This document shows positions 1 to 9,768 of a stretch of DNA of 64,000 nucleotides, one piece after another. Origin of the DNA: Deltaproteobacteria bacterium (GTDB lineage Bacteria; Myxococcota_A; Polyangia; Polyangiales; JADJMO01); contig JALHOE010000023.1 of NCBI GenBank assembly GCA_022843175.1, positions 3,011-67,010 on the forward strand. Reading direction: 5' to 3'. The notes under the pieces were generated by a model. It was not told the DNA's origin and did no database searches. It saw only the letters and a program-made list of their open reading frames with translations. The translations under genes were made by a program, and so were the position numbers. Within the stretch, counting starts at the first letter, position 1. Each line of letters begins with the position of its first letter.

Positions 1-2199
1 GACGACCGCACGGACGTGTTCGCGTTCGGCGTGACGCTGTTCGAGATGCTCACCGGTCAGCGGCCCTTCAAGGGCACCTCGATCGAGGTGCTGATCGCCG
101 CCGATCGCGATCCCGCGCCGCGCCCGTCGACGCTCAACCCCGCCGTGCACGACGACCTCGACGAGCTGGTCCTCGCCTGCATCGAGAAGCGCGCCTCGGC
201 CCGCCCGCCGATGGCCGTCGTCGCGGCGCGCCTCCGCGAGCTCCCGCGCGCGCAGCCGCCGCGCTCGCCGTCGCTGCCGCCGCCGCCTCGGCGGAGGTTG
301 TTGTGGCCGATCCCGGTCGTGGCCCTGTTGGCGGTGGGCGCAGGGATCGCCCTCTCTCGCAAACCTCCGGTGCACGTGGCCCCGCTCGCGCGACCCGACA
401 GCGTGCTCGCGTGTCCGATCCTCGAAGCGCGCGGGGTGGACGAGCCCACCGGTTGGCTCGGCGCCGCCGCGGCGGACGTGCTCTGTCGCGACGCGTTCTG
501 GCTCAGCGGTGGGCGCGACGGCAGCGCGCTCGGTCCGGCGGTGCTGCTCGAGCTGCCGCGGCTCCCCGGCGAGACGTTCCCCGAAGATCCCTACCGCGAC
601 GCGCGCGACCGCTCGCTCGCGGCGGCGAAGAAGCGCGCTCACGCGTATGTCGATGGCGTCGTCACGCGCGAGCCCGACTCGTTCGCGGTGTCGCTCGGGC
701 TGTTCACCCCCGACGGCGCGAAGTTCGCTTCGGCCGAGGCGCGCGACGCGATCCTCGACGAGGCGATCGCCAAGGCGCGCGACGGCCTCGTCGCCTCCGG
801 CAAGCTCCCCCGCGTCGCCGCGCTCGCGCCCGAGCCCGCGCGCTTCCTCGGCACGACCAGCGTCGACGCGATGCTCCTCGGCGAGCGCGTGCTCGCTCCG
901 GGGCGCGCCGAACGCTGCGCGCGCATCTCCCGCGAGGCTGCGTCGCTCGGCTTCCTCCCTGCGGCCGTGGCGCCGCTCTGCGTCGACGCCAAGCACGCAG
1001 TGTTCGACGGCACCTCCACCGAGAGCATCGCGGCGACGGCGCAGTACGTCGAAGCGAGCAAGGCCCTCGCGCTCGTTCCGCGTCTGCAGGGCGCGCGCGC
1101 GTCGGTCACCAGCTCGGTCGCGCGCATGCAGCTCGCGATCGGCGAGTCGAACCTCGTCTACGCAGCGGGCAACGTCGAGGACGCGACCGCGCTCACCCGC
1201 GTCGCGCTCGACGTGAACCCGCACGACGTCGGCACGTGGTTCTCGCTCGTCGAGCTCACCGCGCTGCACAACAAGGACACGTCGGTGGTGCTGCGCGGGA
1301 TGCGCGCGTGGGCGCCCGCGGTGCCGGATTCGTGGATCCGCGTGGGCGCGCCGCCCGGTCCCCCGCGTCTGCTCTTCACCCGACGCGGCTACGCCCTCGC
1401 GCCGCGCGAGGTGATCGCCGCGATCGAGCTCGCGCGCGATCTCGCCTTCAGCGGCTTGTACGAAGAGGCTCGCGCGCTCGCGGTTCGGTGGAGCGGGGGC
1501 GGCCTCGAGCCGACCGCGCTCGCCGACTACATTCACGCGGTCGTCGACCACGAGCTCGGCAAGCAGGGCAGCATGCTCAGCCGCCTCAAGCGCGCGCGCG
1601 CGACGTCGACCGATCCGATGGTGCGGTTCCGCGCCGGCTTCTTCGCGCTCTATCAGTCCGACGCGATGGGGCTCGGCCAGGCGTTCGCCGACGAGTACGC
1701 CAAGACCTACTTCATCGACCGCACGCCGCCGGTCACGCTCGCGTTCGAGCAGATCTTCGTCTGCATGCGCGCCAGCAAGGAGGTCGCGCGGCCGTGCCTC
1801 GCGAGCCTCCGCGCGCGGGCGAACGATCCGCAGATGCCCCCGCTCGCCGCGGCGGCCCTCACCGGCGCCGAGCAGTGGGCCGCGGGTAAGGACAAGGACG
1901 CCGCCACGACGCTCCGCCCGCTGATCCAGAGCGAGACCGTGGTGCTCGGACTGCCCGCCGAGATCTTCGAGCGCGCCGGAGAGCCCGAGCTCGCCGAGCG
2001 CTGCGATCAGGCGCACATCGCGCTCTCCACCAAGACGGGCGTCTCGCTCGGCCACGTGCGCGCGGCGCGGCGAGCGTTTCGCCTCGGCGACAGAGCGCGG
2101 GCCAAGGCGCTCGCCAAACACGTGATCGACGGCTGGGCCGGCGCCGATCTGGAGATCCCGACGCTGAAGGAGATGCGCGCCATCGCGGAGGCGCCGTGA
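1..2199 (+). CDS. Ser/Thr protein kinase, C-terminal part (5' end outside window), followed by a TM segment and a large helical-repeat (TPR-like) domain
   Basis: The frame is open to the window edge. DVFAFGVTLFEMLTGQRPF and LVLACIEKRASARP resemble Hanks kinase subdomains IX-XI. A Pro-rich linker and one TM (LLWPIPVVALLAVGAGIAL) are followed by about 600 aa of Ala/Leu-rich sequence. GC3 is high. Confidence 0.75.
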   Translation, partial: DDRTDVFAFGVTLFEMLTGQRPFKGTSIEVLIAADRDPAPRPSTLNPAVHDDLDELVLACIEKRASARPPMAVVAARLRELPRAQPPRSPSLPPPPRRRLLWPIPVVALLAVGAGIALSRKPPVHVAPLARPDSVLACPILEARGVDEPTGWLGAAAADVLCRDAFWLSGGRDGSALGPAVLLELPRLPGETFPEDPYRDARDRSLAAAKKRAHAYVDGVVTREPDSFAVSLGLFTPDGAKFASAEARDAILDEAIAKARDGLVASGKLPRVAALAPEPARFLGTTSVDAMLLGERVLAPGRAERCARISREAASLGFLPAAVAPLCVDAKHAVFDGTSTESIAATAQYVEASKALALVPRLQGARASVTSSVARMQLAIGESNLVYAAGNVEDATALTRVALDVNPHDVGTWFSLVELTALHNKDTSVVLRGMRAWAPAVPDSWIRVGAPPGPPRLLFTRRGYALAPREVIAAIELARDLAFSGLYEEARALAVRWSGGGLEPTALADYIHAVVDHELGKQGSMLSRLKRARATSTDPMVRFRAGFFALYQSDAMGLGQAFADEYAKTYFIDRTPPVTLAFEQIFVCMRASKEVARPCLASLRARANDPQMPPLAAAALTGAEQWAAGKDKDAATTLRPLIQSETVVLGLPAEIFERAGEPELAERCDQAHIALSTKTGVSLGHVRAARRAFRLGDRARAKALAKHVIDGWAGADLEIPTLKEMRAIAEAP

Positions 2200-2248
2200 T
2201 CGGACAACCCGCTCCCTTACGGTCGCGGCTCCTCTACACTGAGGCCGC

Positions 2249-3616
2249 TTGAAAGCTCTCAGCCCCGCCGACACCGCGTTCCTCCTGCTCGAGAAGCGTC
2301 ACCAGCCGATGCACGTGGGAGGCTTGTTCCTCGCCACGCCGCCCAAAGGGGCAGGGCCCAATTTCCTCGAGCAGGTCGCCGAGCGGATGCGGCTCGCCAC
2401 CAAGCCCACCCCGCCGTTCGACAAGCAGCTCACCCGCAAGTTCGGCGCGTGGTTCTGGGAGCGCGACGAGCAGTTCGACGTCGATCACCACTTCCGCCAC
2501 TACGCGCTCCCGCGGCCCGGCCGCATCCGCGAGCTGTTGCGGATGGTCTCGCAGCTCCACGCCGCGCCGCTCGACCGCGCGCGCCCGCTGTGGGAGCTCT
2601 ACCTGATCGACGGCGTCGACGGCGGACGCTTCGCGATCTACTCCAAGATCCATCACTCGCTCGTCGACGGCATCGCCGCGATGCGCATCCTCCAGCAGTG
2701 CCTCTCCGAGGATCCCGCCGACACCGACATGCCGCCGCCGTGGGCCGCGACGCGGACCAAGAAGGTCAAGGCCGACCAACGTCCGCAGGGCGTCTCCGAG
2801 TTCTTCTCGATGGTCGGCTCGCAGCTCGAGAGCGTGCCGAAGGTCACGCGGGAGATCGCGCGGACGATCCGCGAGGTGCGCAGCGACGAGGACCGCTCCA
2901 ACGACATGCGCGCGCCGCCGTGCATCTTCAACCAGCCGATCTCCGGCTCGCGTCGCTTCGCCGCGCAGTCGTATTCGCTCGATCGCATCCGCGCCGTCGG
3001 CAAGGCGCACCGCGCCACGCTCAACGACGTCGTCCTCGCCATGTGCGCGAGCGCGTTGCGGCGATACCTCCTCGACCTCGGCGAGCTGCCCGCGAAGCCG
3101 CTCATCGCCATGGTCCCGCTGTCGCTCCGCCGCGACGACAGCGACAGCGGCAACCAGATCGCGATGATCCTCGCGAACCTCGGCACCCACCTGCTCGATC
3201 CCGCGCGCCGCCTGAAGACGATCCAACGCTCGGTGCAGCAGTCGAAGGAGCGTTACTCGGCCATGACGCCGGGCGAGATCCTCGCCTACGCGGCCACCCT
3301 GCTCGGCCCCGCGGGCCTCAATTTTCTCACCAGCGCGGTGCCGCGGGTGCAGGCGTTCAACGTCATCATCTCCAACGTGCCGGGGCCGAAGCAGCCGCTG
3401 TACTTCAACGGCGCGCGCATCGAGGGCATGTACCCGGTGTCGATCGTCGTCGACGGCCAGGCGCTCAACCTCACCCTCACGAGCTACGTCGACAAGCTCG
3501 AGTTCGGCGTGATCGCCTGCCGCCGCACGCTCCCGCGCATCCAGCGCCTGCTCGAGTACCTCGAGCTCGGTCTCAAAGAGCTCGAGGGCATCGGCGACGA
3601 GAACGAGCTGCCCTAG
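2249..3616 (+). CDS. Wax ester synthase / diacylglycerol acyltransferase (WS/DGAT family)
   Basis: 455 aa with a TTG start. It carries the HHSLVDG active-site motif (HHxxxDG) and a typical N-terminus (LSPADTAFLLLE...MHVGGL). Confidence 0.9.
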   Translation: MKALSPADTAFLLLEKRHQPMHVGGLFLATPPKGAGPNFLEQVAERMRLATKPTPPFDKQLTRKFGAWFWERDEQFDVDHHFRHYALPRPGRIRELLRMVSQLHAAPLDRARPLWELYLIDGVDGGRFAIYSKIHHSLVDGIAAMRILQQCLSEDPADTDMPPPWAATRTKKVKADQRPQGVSEFFSMVGSQLESVPKVTREIARTIREVRSDEDRSNDMRAPPCIFNQPISGSRRFAAQSYSLDRIRAVGKAHRATLNDVVLAMCASALRRYLLDLGELPAKPLIAMVPLSLRRDDSDSGNQIAMILANLGTHLLDPARRLKTIQRSVQQSKERYSAMTPGEILAYAATLLGPAGLNFLTSAVPRVQAFNVIISNVPGPKQPLYFNGARIEGMYPVSIVVDGQALNLTLTSYVDKLEFGVIACRRTLPRIQRLLEYLELGLKELEGIGDENELP

Positions 3617-3654
3617 GGCCACTCTCCGCTCGGCATGGCGGCCACAAAAGTCGC

Positions 3655-3683
3655 CGGCCCGCTCGGGCAATCCGAGCGGGCCG
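3655..3683. terminator. Bidirectional hairpin between convergent genes
   Basis: CGGCCCGCTCGG-gcaat-CCGAGCGGGCCG forms a perfect 12-bp GC-rich stem with a 5-nt loop. It lies between the stop at 3616 (+) and the stop at 3718 (-). Confidence 0.6.
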
Positions 3684-3717
3684 CATGCTTGCGCTCCCCA
3701 GGGAGCCGACGCTCGCT

Positions 3718-5394
3718 TCAGAGCGACATCTTGCTCGTCACGAGGATGGGATCGAACACCAGCGGCGACAGATAGATGCTGTCGTGGGTGGTCTTCCCCG
3801 GGGTGCGCCCCTGCTCGTCGGCGATCGCGGTGACGCTCACGACCTTGTTGCCGTACGACGCATAGGGGTGCGTCTTGGTGAACATCGTCGAGGGCGTCTC
3901 CCAGAACTCGCTCGAGCTGCCGTCGTTGTAATTGACGCGATACTTCATCTTGTCGGTCCAGGGCCAGCACGGGCGCATGCGACCCTTGGCCTCGACGGTC
4001 GTCGAGCCGAGCGGGTTGGCCTTGGTCTGGAGCATCGGCGCCATCGCGCTCGCACCGGTCGAGGAGCCGAGGTCGTAGAACGCGACGTGCTTGTCGAGCA
4101 GCGTCCAGCTCCACGGGCCGTAGTCCGAGCCGACGAGGCCGGCCTTGGCGACGAGATCGATCCCCACGCGCGCGTCGAGGGCGAGCGCGGTGACGAGCTC
4201 GTTGCTGCCGTTGAAGTCGCCGTCGCCGCAGGTGTTGCCGGCGTAGCCCCACAGCTCGCCCTTCAGCTTCGCCTTCACGCCGATCTCGGCGTTCGCGACC
4301 CAGTCGGTGTACAGGTTCGCGTGCACGCCCGCGTAGGCGTAGGGCGTCACGTTGATCTTGGCCTCGGCTGCGACGGTCGGCGTCGTGCCCGCGGTCCAGC
4401 CGTAGGTAGCCGTCTTGCTGCCGCTGCAGCCGCCGCTGGTGCAGGTCATGTTGAGCGTGGCCTTGCCGGTGGCCGAGCCGTCGAGCTTCAGCGTCGCCTT
4501 GGCGTTGGCCTCGACGCCGACGTGGATCGGCGCGGAGAAGTTGATCTTCACCGGGATCGGTCCGACCGCGAAGGCGAGGGTGCCGAGGCTCGGCTGCGCG
4601 ACCTTCTTGTCGTACTTCCACGACTTCTCGAACGCGGCGCTGACGTTGGCCTTGGCCGTGACGTCGGCGTTGCCGGTGAAGTTCGCGTGCTTGAACTTCA
4701 CCTTGTACGGCGCGCACAGCGAATACCCCGATTTGAAGACGCGGATCGTGACCTTGCCGGTGCCGCTCGCCGCGAGGGTCGCGGTGAAGGCCATCGAGCC
4801 GCTGAAATTGCCGGGGTCGGTGGTCTTGGTGTGGTTGTAGGTTTTGGTCGTGGAGATCGTCTTCGAGTAGCTGCGGTCCTCGTTGCTGCACCACGCCATC
4901 GCAGCAGGGGTGCCGCTCTTCATCGCGGTCTCGATCTGATCGGCCGCGATGGGGTCGACGATGTCGACCTCGTCGCCCTCGGGGAGCGTGTCGCCCGCGA
5001 GGTACGCCGTCTTGGTGATCGTCTTCGCGGCGGCCTCGGCCTCGGCCTTGATCTCGGTCTTCACGAACGACGCGACCGGCGCGCCGTCGACCTTGGCCTT
5101 GTCCTGGATGACGACCAGCTCGCGGTCGACGGCGACCACCGCGTCGGTGGCGCTGTCGATCGCCTTGCCGACGACGCGGATCCTCCGCCACCCATCGCCG
5201 ACGGCGATGGTGCTCACGATCAGATCGTCGGCCGGCGGCGCGATCATCAGATCCGGATCGAAGACCGGCGTCGGATCGGCGGTGAGCAGCGGCTGCTCCT
5301 TCTGGCTCACCTCCTCCTGCGACGACGTCGGCTGGGTGCAGGCGATGAGCGGGAGAGCGGAGAGAGCGAGGAACGAAATGCGGCGCGTGTTCAT
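3718..5394 (-). CDS. Secreted lipoprotein, beta-rich, Lys/Thr/Asn-rich, with a PKD-like C-terminal domain
   Basis: The signal peptide has a lipobox (LSALPLIAC). A GGAGG SD lies upstream of the ATG. The C-terminus (KYRVNYNDGSS...YASYGNKVVSVTAIADEQG) is PKD-like. The central region is Ser/Thr-rich with an alternating residue pattern. Confidence 0.7.
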   Translation of the reverse strand: MNTRRISFLALSALPLIACTQPTSSQEEVSQKEQPLLTADPTPVFDPDLMIAPPADDLIVSTIAVGDGWRRIRVVGKAIDSATDAVVAVDRELVVIQDKAKVDGAPVASFVKTEIKAEAEAAAKTITKTAYLAGDTLPEGDEVDIVDPIAADQIETAMKSGTPAAMAWCSNEDRSYSKTISTTKTYNHTKTTDPGNFSGSMAFTATLAASGTGKVTIRVFKSGYSLCAPYKVKFKHANFTGNADVTAKANVSAAFEKSWKYDKKVAQPSLGTLAFAVGPIPVKINFSAPIHVGVEANAKATLKLDGSATGKATLNMTCTSGGCSGSKTATYGWTAGTTPTVAAEAKINVTPYAYAGVHANLYTDWVANAEIGVKAKLKGELWGYAGNTCGDGDFNGSNELVTALALDARVGIDLVAKAGLVGSDYGPWSWTLLDKHVAFYDLGSSTGASAMAPMLQTKANPLGSTTVEAKGRMRPCWPWTDKMKYRVNYNDGSSSEFWETPSTMFTKTHPYASYGNKVVSVTAIADEQGRTPGKTTHDSIYLSPLVFDPILVTSKMSL

Positions 5395-5524
5395 GACAAA
5401 CCTCCACGTGCGCGTTCGCTACGAACGCGTGCGAGTTGCCGGCGACGCACTCCCGTTCATTCGGGACGCGCGTACACCGGTAACCGGCCCCTACGCGAAG
5501 GGCGCGGCGGGTCTGACATGAGAC

Positions 5525-5577
5525 GACGAAGAATTAATTCTTCGTCAGGTTTGCGCGCGAGCCTCCGTAAGGGAGGC
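5525..5577 (-). terminator. Two hairpins downstream of gene 5587-6393: GCCTCC-N5-GGAGGC (5561-5577) and a perfect AT-rich 22-bp palindrome GACGAAGAATTAATTCTTCGTC (5525-5546)
   Basis: Read directly from the sequence. They sit 10-60 nt after the stop at 5587 and about 130 nt upstream of the next minus-strand gene. Confidence 0.5.
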
Positions 5578-5586
5578 ATGCGCGAG

Positions 5587-6393
5587 CTACTGCCAAATGA
5601 CGACGCTGGTCGCGGAGTAACCGGTGAGCTCCGTCGTGCTGTACGGGGGCATCGTGACCGTGAGGAAACCGCCGCCGGTCCAGATGTCGGTGTGGACGGT
5701 GGAGGAGCCGAACGGGTTGGTCAGGAAGAGGTTGCCGCCGTAGGACACCGCGCACCGGTCGCAGCCGCCGATGATGCCTCCGTAGATGACGCCGGCATCG
5801 CCGCCGCAGGTGCGGACGGGCGGCTTCGTTTGGTCCAATTCGGTCCCCGTGGTGGCCGTGACCGAGCAGTTCGCGGGATCGGTCGCGCACGCCGTCGACC
5901 GCCGCACCATCCACATCTGCTCCTTGCACGTCAGACCGAGGACCCCGAAGTCCGGAAGGGCGCACGTGGGGGTGTTGGCGATCCAGGTCACGGCGCAGAA
6001 CGTGTCGCGGACGTCGGCGTCGGGGGCGCTGGGGAACACCGGGGCGACGCTCCAGGTGCCGCTGCTCGTCGTCTTCGCGAGATCGGCGCAGGTGCGACCG
6101 GGCGACGTGCGGATGTCGTATCGAACGCGCGTGCACGAGGTTGGCGGCGGATTCGAGTTCTCGAACACCGTGGCGAGCGGCTGCGCGAGGCGCGGCGGCA
6201 GGCTCGTGTCAGCGCCCGTGTCCTGACCGGTGTCGCGTACGCCGCTATCGACCGGGGTGCGGACGGGCTCCTCACCCTCCGTACCGAACCGTTTCAGCCC
6301 CTGCTCCGACTCGCTGAGCGATTCGGTGGAGCCCTGGCCTCCACACGCGACGAGGAGGACGAACGGAGCGGCGAGGACGATCGAACGGTGCAT
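5587..6393 (-). CDS. Cys-rich secreted lipoprotein, unknown function
   Basis: The start is taken at MHRSIVLAAPFVLLVAC (lipobox). There is a DSG/DTG linker and more than 12 Cys. GC3 is high. Confidence 0.6.
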   Translation of the reverse strand: MHRSIVLAAPFVLLVACGGQGSTESLSESEQGLKRFGTEGEEPVRTPVDSGVRDTGQDTGADTSLPPRLAQPLATVFENSNPPPTSCTRVRYDIRTSPGRTCADLAKTTSSGTWSVAPVFPSAPDADVRDTFCAVTWIANTPTCALPDFGVLGLTCKEQMWMVRRSTACATDPANCSVTATTGTELDQTKPPVRTCGGDAGVIYGGIIGGCDRCAVSYGGNLFLTNPFGSSTVHTDIWTGGGFLTVTMPPYSTTELTGYSATSVVIWQ

Positions 6394-6474
6394 ACGGTTC
6401 TCCCGGAAGTACGTGGCGAGTGCGCACGGACTTCGTCGTGGATAAAGGGAGAGCGTTCCCGACATCGACGCAGG

Positions 6475-9099
6475 TCAATGTCGAAACAGACGCCACGCCG
6501 CCCAGTCGCTCGCGGGATCGAGCGCGCGCTGCGCGAGAAACAAGGCCTTTCCGGGGTCGTTACCGCGCAAGAGCGCGCGGTAGTAGCCAATGGAAACTTG
6601 CGCTGCGAGCGCATCGGGGACGACGCGCGTCGGCGCCACCACCGTCTCGCTGCCGGCGAGCACGAAGGCGTGCGCGAGGCCGATCGTCTCGGTGCTCGCA
6701 TCGGCGGCGCGTCCGGTCTCGCATGCGCTCAACACGACTCGGCGGGGCACTCGCGTGCGGGTCAGCACGTCGAGGATGCCGAGCGCGGTGCCGTTGGCGA
6801 GCGGGAGTCGCGCCTCGATGCCCTCCGGTCCGCCGAACGCGCCGTGTCCCGCGTAGTGGAAGGTGGCGGAGCTCTCGAGCAGCTGCGCCACCGTCTGCGC
6901 GGTCGCCTCCGAGCCCTCGGCGCGCCGCACCGCGTAGCCGGTGGTGAACAGCTGCGCGATCGCGCTCCCCTCCGCGCGCGCCGCAGGGAGATCGCTCGTG
7001 GGATCGGCCACGATGCCGACGCTCTCGCTCCCCTCGACGGGCGCACGCAGGCGCGGCACGTCGAGCGCGTATTCGACGGGCACCTCGAGTGCCGGCAGCG
7101 CGTGCAGATCGAGCGCGCGGAGCGGCCCGTACGGCAGCATCACGACGCGGCTCACGCCCTCGAGCGGGAGCTTCGCGAGCAGCTGCTCGCCCACGTCGCC
7201 GGCGACATCGAGTGCAAAGTGGGTGACCTTGCCGGTCCTCGCCGCGAACGCAACAAACCCCTCGCGCCGCCGGTGGAAGGCGACCCACAGCTCGCCGGGG
7301 CCCGGCTCGGCCAACGCCGCGCGCGCGTGCGGGAGCTCGAGCGAAGACATCGCGTCGTCGAGCGCCGCGACCATGGCGTTCACCGTGGCCGTGCGGGCGA
7401 GGCCAGCCTTTTGCAGCTCCGGCGCGGCGAGCTTCCAGTCGTTGGCGGCCGCGTCGTCGAGCGTGGTGCGCGTGGCGCGGTACTCCGCGATCGCGCGATC
7501 CCAACGCTTCCGCGCCTCGGGGCGCATCGAGGACACGCTCGTCGCCCGCGCGGTCTGCACGAGGAGGCGCGCGCGCGCGCGGCGGGCGACGGCGAACGCC
7601 GCTGCGGCGTCGTCCACCCGCAGCAGGTGATCGATCAACAGGCGCGCGCTCTTCTCGCTGCGCGAGAGGTACACCGAGCGCCCCTCGCCGAGCGGCAGCG
7701 CGAACACCTTCCCGTCGAGGATCTCCTCGGCGGCCTCATAGGCGGCGCGCGCGCCGGGATCGCCGAGCGCCTCGAGCGCTTCGCCGCGCCCGACGACGGC
7801 GCGCCACAATCGATCGGTCTGCTCGGCGACCGTGGCGATGGCGATCGCTTGGTCGTACTTGGCGACGGCGTCCTGGAAGCGCTTCTCAGCGGAGGCGATG
7901 CGCGCCTCGAGGTCGAGCCATTGCAGCACGTCGATGGTGCGCACGGCCGCGGGCCGCGCCTCGGTGAGCAGACGGGTGGCCTCGCCGGTGTCGCCGCGCG
8001 CGAGGGCTGCGGTCGCCGCGACGTAGAGGGCGATGCTTCGGCGATAGGGATCGGCGCACTTCAGCGCTCGGGCGCGCGCCGCGACGGTGGAGAGCTCGGG
8101 CTCGTCGTACGGTTGATGCAGGTCTCTACGCGCGCGCGCCCGGCGCTCGAGCGAGAGGCCGAGGTTGAGGAGGAGGTCGAGGTGATCGCAGGGCTCCGCC
8201 GTCGCGTCTGCGCTGATGTCGCGATCGAGCGCCTGCAGCGTCGCGATGCCGGCGTCGAAGTGTCCCTGAATTTGGAGGACCGCCGCGCGCAGGCTGAGCG
8301 CGTTGCGCTCGAGGCGCACGAGGCCGAGCTCGGTCGCCGCCACGAGCGAGCTGTCGAGGAGGCGGAGCGTCGCGCGGTCGTCGGCGGTCTCGAGCGCGAT
8401 CTCCGCGCGGTAGAACGGCAGCCGCGCGCGACCCTCGGGGTACTCGACGAGGCTGGGCTCGATCGCGTCGAGCGCGGCGCGCGCCTCGGCGTAACGACGG
8501 CTGCGCTGGTTGAGGGCGAAGGCGAGGGCGAAGGCGTCGTCGGCGCGGTCGGAGACGCGCTTGCTCGGCAGCGCCAGCGCCTCGCGGAAGTGACCGATCG
8601 AAAGCTCCACGTCGCCGCGGGCAAGCTCAATCCGCGCGATCAGTCCGAGCGCGAGCGCGCGTTCGGCGGGATCGGTCGAGGACAGCGCGCGCTCGGCGAG
8701 CACGCGCGCGGCCGCGGGATTCTTTCCACGGATCGCCCGCGCCTCGACGAGCCACGCGAGCGTCGTCGGCGGCGCGACCCGCAGAAGGAACCGCGACGTT
8801 CCGTCGACGACCGTCACCGCGCGCGCGCCGGGGGCTACGACCACCCGGTGCACGGTCCCGTGCGCGAGCACCCGCGAAGGGGTGGTCTGGGTCGGCACGC
8901 CGTCGACCGAGACCCGCGCGTCGGCCGCGGCGAAGATGCGAATGGTGGAGTCTTGCGGCAGCTCGCAGACCCCCCCCGCGAGCACCGCTCCGCAACCCGC
9001 GAACAACGGGCGCGGGGGCTCGGGGCGGAGCGGCGTCGGGCGGCGATCGGCGCCCAGCGCACACGCGAGCGAGAACAAGACGACGCCCCCGATCCGCAC
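6475..9099 (-). CDS. TPR-repeat / CHAT-domain protein (caspase-like peptidase fold), probable lipoprotein
   Basis: The C-terminal CHAT signature is FHYAGHGAFGG ... VVLSACETG (His/Cys dyad). The central region has TPR-like repeats. A GTG start at 9099 gives the signal VRIGGVVLFSLAC. The upstream ORF extension is Arg-rich junk. Confidence 0.85.
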   Translation of the reverse strand: MRIGGVVLFSLACALGADRRPTPLRPEPPRPLFAGCGAVLAGGVCELPQDSTIRIFAAADARVSVDGVPTQTTPSRVLAHGTVHRVVVAPGARAVTVVDGTSRFLLRVAPPTTLAWLVEARAIRGKNPAAARVLAERALSSTDPAERALALGLIARIELARGDVELSIGHFREALALPSKRVSDRADDAFALAFALNQRSRRYAEARAALDAIEPSLVEYPEGRARLPFYRAEIALETADDRATLRLLDSSLVAATELGLVRLERNALSLRAAVLQIQGHFDAGIATLQALDRDISADATAEPCDHLDLLLNLGLSLERRARARRDLHQPYDEPELSTVAARARALKCADPYRRSIALYVAATAALARGDTGEATRLLTEARPAAVRTIDVLQWLDLEARIASAEKRFQDAVAKYDQAIAIATVAEQTDRLWRAVVGRGEALEALGDPGARAAYEAAEEILDGKVFALPLGEGRSVYLSRSEKSARLLIDHLLRVDDAAAAFAVARRARARLLVQTARATSVSSMRPEARKRWDRAIAEYRATRTTLDDAAANDWKLAAPELQKAGLARTATVNAMVAALDDAMSSLELPHARAALAEPGPGELWVAFHRRREGFVAFAARTGKVTHFALDVAGDVGEQLLAKLPLEGVSRVVMLPYGPLRALDLHALPALEVPVEYALDVPRLRAPVEGSESVGIVADPTSDLPAARAEGSAIAQLFTTGYAVRRAEGSEATAQTVAQLLESSATFHYAGHGAFGGPEGIEARLPLANGTALGILDVLTRTRVPRRVVLSACETGRAADASTETIGLAHAFVLAGSETVVAPTRVVPDALAAQVSIGYYRALLRGNDPGKALFLAQRALDPASDWAAWRLFRH

Positions 9100-9141
9100 G
9101 GCGCGGACACTACCACCGGAGTCCGTGGTAGAGGACGGCGC

Positions 9142-9768
9142 GTGGCCGAGCACGTGGACCTCGTTCGACGCGCGATCGCCCGCGAGCCCGACGCGGTGCA
9201 CGCGCTCGTCCAAGAGCTCCGTCCCACGATCCAGACCCGCGTCGTCCGCGCCTTGACGCGGAACATGCGCGGACGGCGCAGCGCGCAACAGGAGGTCGAG
9301 GACCTCGTTCAAGAGGTGTTCCTCGCGCTCTTCGATCAGGACGCGAAGGCGCTGCGCGCGTGGGATCCGAACCGAGCCGTGCTCCCCGCGTTCGTCTCGA
9401 TGATCGCCGAGCACCAGGTGGCGTCGATCTTCCGCAGCGGCCGTCGTCGCCCCTATCGCGACGAAGAGGACGGCGGGATCGAGGTCGACACCTTCACCGC
9501 GCCCGGCGGCACCGAGTCGATCGTCGAGAGCCAGGAGCTCCTCGACGCGCTCCTCGAGCGCCTCCGCGCCGAGCTGTCGCCCAAGGGCCTCGAGCTGTTC
9601 TACGCGCTGCTCGTCGACGAGCAGCCGATCGAAGAAGTGTGTGCGAAGACGGGCATGTCGCGCGACGCCGTCTACGCGTGGAAGAGCAGGCTCGGCAAGC
9701 TGGTGCGCAAGCTCGGCGCCGAGCTCACCGCGTCGTCGCGCAAGATGAAGGCAGCGGAGGCGTCATGA
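9142..9768 (+). CDS. ECF-type RNA polymerase sigma factor (sigma-70 family)
   Basis: Region 2 is AQQEVEDLVQEVFLALF...AFVSMIAEHQVASIFRSGRRR. The region 4 HTH is QPIEEVCAKTGMSRDAVYAWKSRL. The start is uncertain (GTG at 9142 chosen). Confidence 0.8.
   Translation: MAEHVDLVRRAIAREPDAVHALVQELRPTIQTRVVRALTRNMRGRRSAQQEVEDLVQEVFLALFDQDAKALRAWDPNRAVLPAFVSMIAEHQVASIFRSGRRRPYRDEEDGGIEVDTFTAPGGTESIVESQELLDALLERLRAELSPKGLELFYALLVDEQPIEEVCAKTGMSRDAVYAWKSRLGKLVRKLGAELTASSRKMKAAEAS

Noticed and set aside
2449-9768. Giant 2439-aa plus-strand ORF, together with the 1057-aa ORF 2234-5407 (-) and many others longer than 300 aa
   Set aside because: Their translations are Arg/Ala/Gly/Pro-rich low-complexity sequence with no motifs. 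They overlap well-supported genes on other frames or strands. They are typical stop-codon-poor shadow ORFs of ~70% GC DNA. Only the last ~209 codons of 2449-9768 (the ECF sigma factor) are real.
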